64,000 nt of DNA, taken from NCBI RefSeq assembly GCF_006345805.1, contig NC_042999.1, positions 19,964,001 through 20,028,000 of the forward strand, given 5' to 3'. The position numbers and the translations under genes are program-made. The DNA is from Octopus sinensis (lineage: Eukaryota). Below are positions 60,811-64,000 of this stretch, in pieces. Every line of letters starts with the position of its first letter. Within the stretch, counting starts at the first letter, position 1. Under the pieces are notes generated by a model that was not told where the DNA came from, did no database searches, and was given only the letters and a program-made list of their open reading frames with translations.

Positions 60811-62278
60811 GTTTTTAATTTTCCTCTGATATCTGAATTACTACTATTTAGCGGTTTGAGTTTGACTGCTCTTTCTAGTGAGTCGAATGGCCTATCAGGG
60901 CCATTCCTTAATATTGTTGAAAAAAATATATATATATGTATGTGTGTGTGTATATGTTAGTGTGTCTGTGTTTGTTCCCCCAACATCGCTTGACAACAGA
61001 TGCTGGTGTGTTTACGACCCCATAACTTACCCGTTTGGCAAAAGAGATCGATAGAATAAGTACTAGGCCTACAAACAATAAGTCCCGGTGTCGATTTGCG
61101 CGACTAAAGGTGGTGCTCCAGCATGGCCACAGTCAAATGGCTGAAATAAGTAAAAGAATGCAAACAAGAGGTGATCTGGTTTTTAAAACTAACTGGTGAT
61201 AACGACATTGATATCTTAGTTACAGACATTAGTACCCAAATATTCTACACAGTTGGCAAGATTTAGAAGTGGTCAATATAACTATATATAAAGAAAAATA
61301 TAGGAAAACATGTTATAAATATCAACAATATGGCTATGGGAGAATGCCATAGGGCATGTTATGTATACAAAAGTAAAAAAGAGTAGTGCATCCCATTTCT
61401 GAAATAATGAATTATAAAATTTTGATCAACTAACGGCATTCAAATATTAACTAGCTGAAATCCCTTCAACAGACGTTTAAAACCAAAAATCATAAAACAA
61501 GGGGGATAATTCTAGTAAGATCAGTTGAGTGAAAGAGTTAAGTTATAATGTCAATAAAGATTTGATAAGATCTATGTATGTATATATATATATATATATA
61601 TAGTTATTCTTCTATTTATGTATTTGTCTATTTGTCTATGATATATAATACAAACATATATTCATGTTATGCATCATGTTTGTGTGTGTGTGTGTGTATC
61701 GTACACATTTTAACAGTCACTGAATTGTTGTTTCTAGTCTCCTGGGTCATATGATCTTAAACTCTGGCACAGACATTTTGTTCATAAACATTCATTGACT
61801 TCATTCCGCATTAGAATCTGCATTACTTCTGCTTATGTTACCAGTCTTCATTAAACTGTAACAGACTATTTCTAGCGCTCTATTATTTCCTTTCTGATTC
61901 ACCATCTCCCTCTTCACAGTTTTGCTTTCTTTCTCTCTCGCTCACTCACTCACTCGCACTGAAGTTCCTTCTCTCTCTCTCACTCTCTCGCTCTCTCTCT
62001 CTTCTCAGACTGGTGATCTCTCATTCTTTCCCTTACGTCCATGCATAAATTAACTTTATTCACAAAGATGTTCAGAAACTGATGGTAAAATCAGTTAATA
62101 ATTTACTATGTATCAAACATGGTGAATAGCTATCAGTTTCACATCTTTATAGTGTCTGGACACTTTTATGGTCTAGTTCAGAAAGTAAGAGGGATAATTT
62201 GACAAATATATATATATATACATACATACATATTTACACACACACACACATAGATATTAATATAATTACATACACACA

Positions 62279-62279
<1 letters not shown>

Positions 62280-62348
<69 letters not shown>

Positions 62349-62352
62349 GTTA

Positions 62353-62383
<31 letters not shown>

Positions 62384-62604
62384 CATTATTATTATTATTA
62401 TTATTGTTATTGCTATCATTATTATTATTGTTATTATTATTATTATTATTATTGTTATTATTATTATTATCATCATCATTATTATTATTATTATTATTAT
62501 TATTAATATCATCATCATTATCATCATTATTATTATCATCATCATTATCATCATTATATTTATCATCATCATTATCATCATTATTATTATCATCATCATC
62601 ATCA

Positions 62605-62646
<42 letters not shown>

Positions 62647-62660
62647 TTATTATTATTATA
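62280..62660. repeat. (ATT)n/(ATC)n microsatellite
   Basis: Visible directly. Confidence 0.95.
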
Positions 62661-62904
62661 TATATATATGCATATAGGATATTTTTTCCTTGTAGATGAA
62701 ACACGTTGAAACACTAGCATAACTTAATCCTAAAGATAGGCCTTCAAAGGTCAGGAAAAATTGGTGAGAAATTTTGGAACTCACCAAGCACACTACAAAA
62801 ATTTCAAGCAACACATGGCAAAAACTGTGATAAATATAAATCTATTATTCATGTTTGCAGTATATAGATACATTCAAGGACATATGTGTCTATAATCTGT
62901 ATGT

Positions 62905-62941
62905 ATCTATCTGTCTGTCTATATGTTTATCGATCTGTTTG

Positions 62942-63034
<93 letters not shown>

Positions 63035-63066
63035 AATCTATCTATCTATTTATCTATCTATCTGTA

Positions 63067-63133
<67 letters not shown>

Positions 63134-63215
63134 ATATCTATCTATCTATCTATCTATCTATCTACCTACCTGTCTGTCTGTCTGTCTCTATCCATATATA
63201 TATATATCCATCTAT
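62905..63215. repeat. (TCTA)n microsatellite
   Basis: Visible directly. Confidence 0.95.
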
Positions 63216-63602
63216 TTATCTGTCTACTTAGCCATCTGTAAGTGTGTGTGCTTGTGTGAGTGTGCATGTGTTTGTATGAGTGTGTGTGTGTATACGTATG
63301 TGTACATGTGTGTGTGTGTATATATATATATATATACATGTGTGTACACGAATGTGTATATGAATATATGTTTCTGTATTACGCAAATAGTAAATATGCT
63401 TGTTGAAATATATGTCATACTTTGTAGAAAATCATAATTTTTTTCAGCTGAGATGTGTCTGACAGTATTCAGCTTGATAAGCATAATATACTGGAAGGGA
63501 GGAAATTATCTCGATCTTGTTTTTTCAGGTTTTTACTAAAACAAATCCACATAATGTAGAATTTTGTTGAATCTATTGAATCTATGTTCTTTAATGAGTA
63601 AA

Positions 63603-64000
<398 letters not shown>

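Larger units (their letters stand above)
58199..61158 (+). mobile_element. SINE family A split by a ~2.5-kb nested insertion in its central (TA)n
   Basis: Head 58199-58360; tail about 60958-61158. Confidence 0.8.

Overview
AT-rich eukaryotic genomic DNA, almost entirely repetitive. I infer it is octopus or another coleoid cephalopod, because the dominant tRNA-derived SINEs resemble octopus retroposons. I found no host protein-coding exon I can identify with confidence; nearly all ORFs in the supplied track are microsatellite read-throughs. Recognisable content: (1) dozens of SINE copies, labelled here family A (tRNA head, CORE-like box, internal microsatellite) and family B (tRNA head, ...CCTTTCATCCTTTCGGGGTCGAT... 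box), plus RTE-type 3' tails (family C) with internal VNTRs; (2) a 2.7-kb 5'-truncated R4/Dong-clade retrotransposon and several related fragments, nearly all abutting (TAA)n tracts; (3) a 1.8-kb 5'-truncated CR1-clade LINE; (4) a deleted mariner, a non-autonomous Helitron, palindromic MITEs and a piggyBac-like MITE amplified into a tandem array; (5) a decayed intron-containing tRNA-Lys(TTT). The most notable signal is a set of hammerhead-ribozyme (HHR) motifs in several unrelated non-autonomous repeats. One is an extended type-I HHR in a 364-489 nt retrozyme/Penelope-like unit at about 60.4-60.9 kb. Another is a tRNA-headed SINE-like family (D) with a minimal, dimer-type HHR that repeatedly occurs in inverted arrangements. 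All structures were folded by eye, and repeat boundaries are approximate (about +/-10 nt) unless exact bases are quoted.
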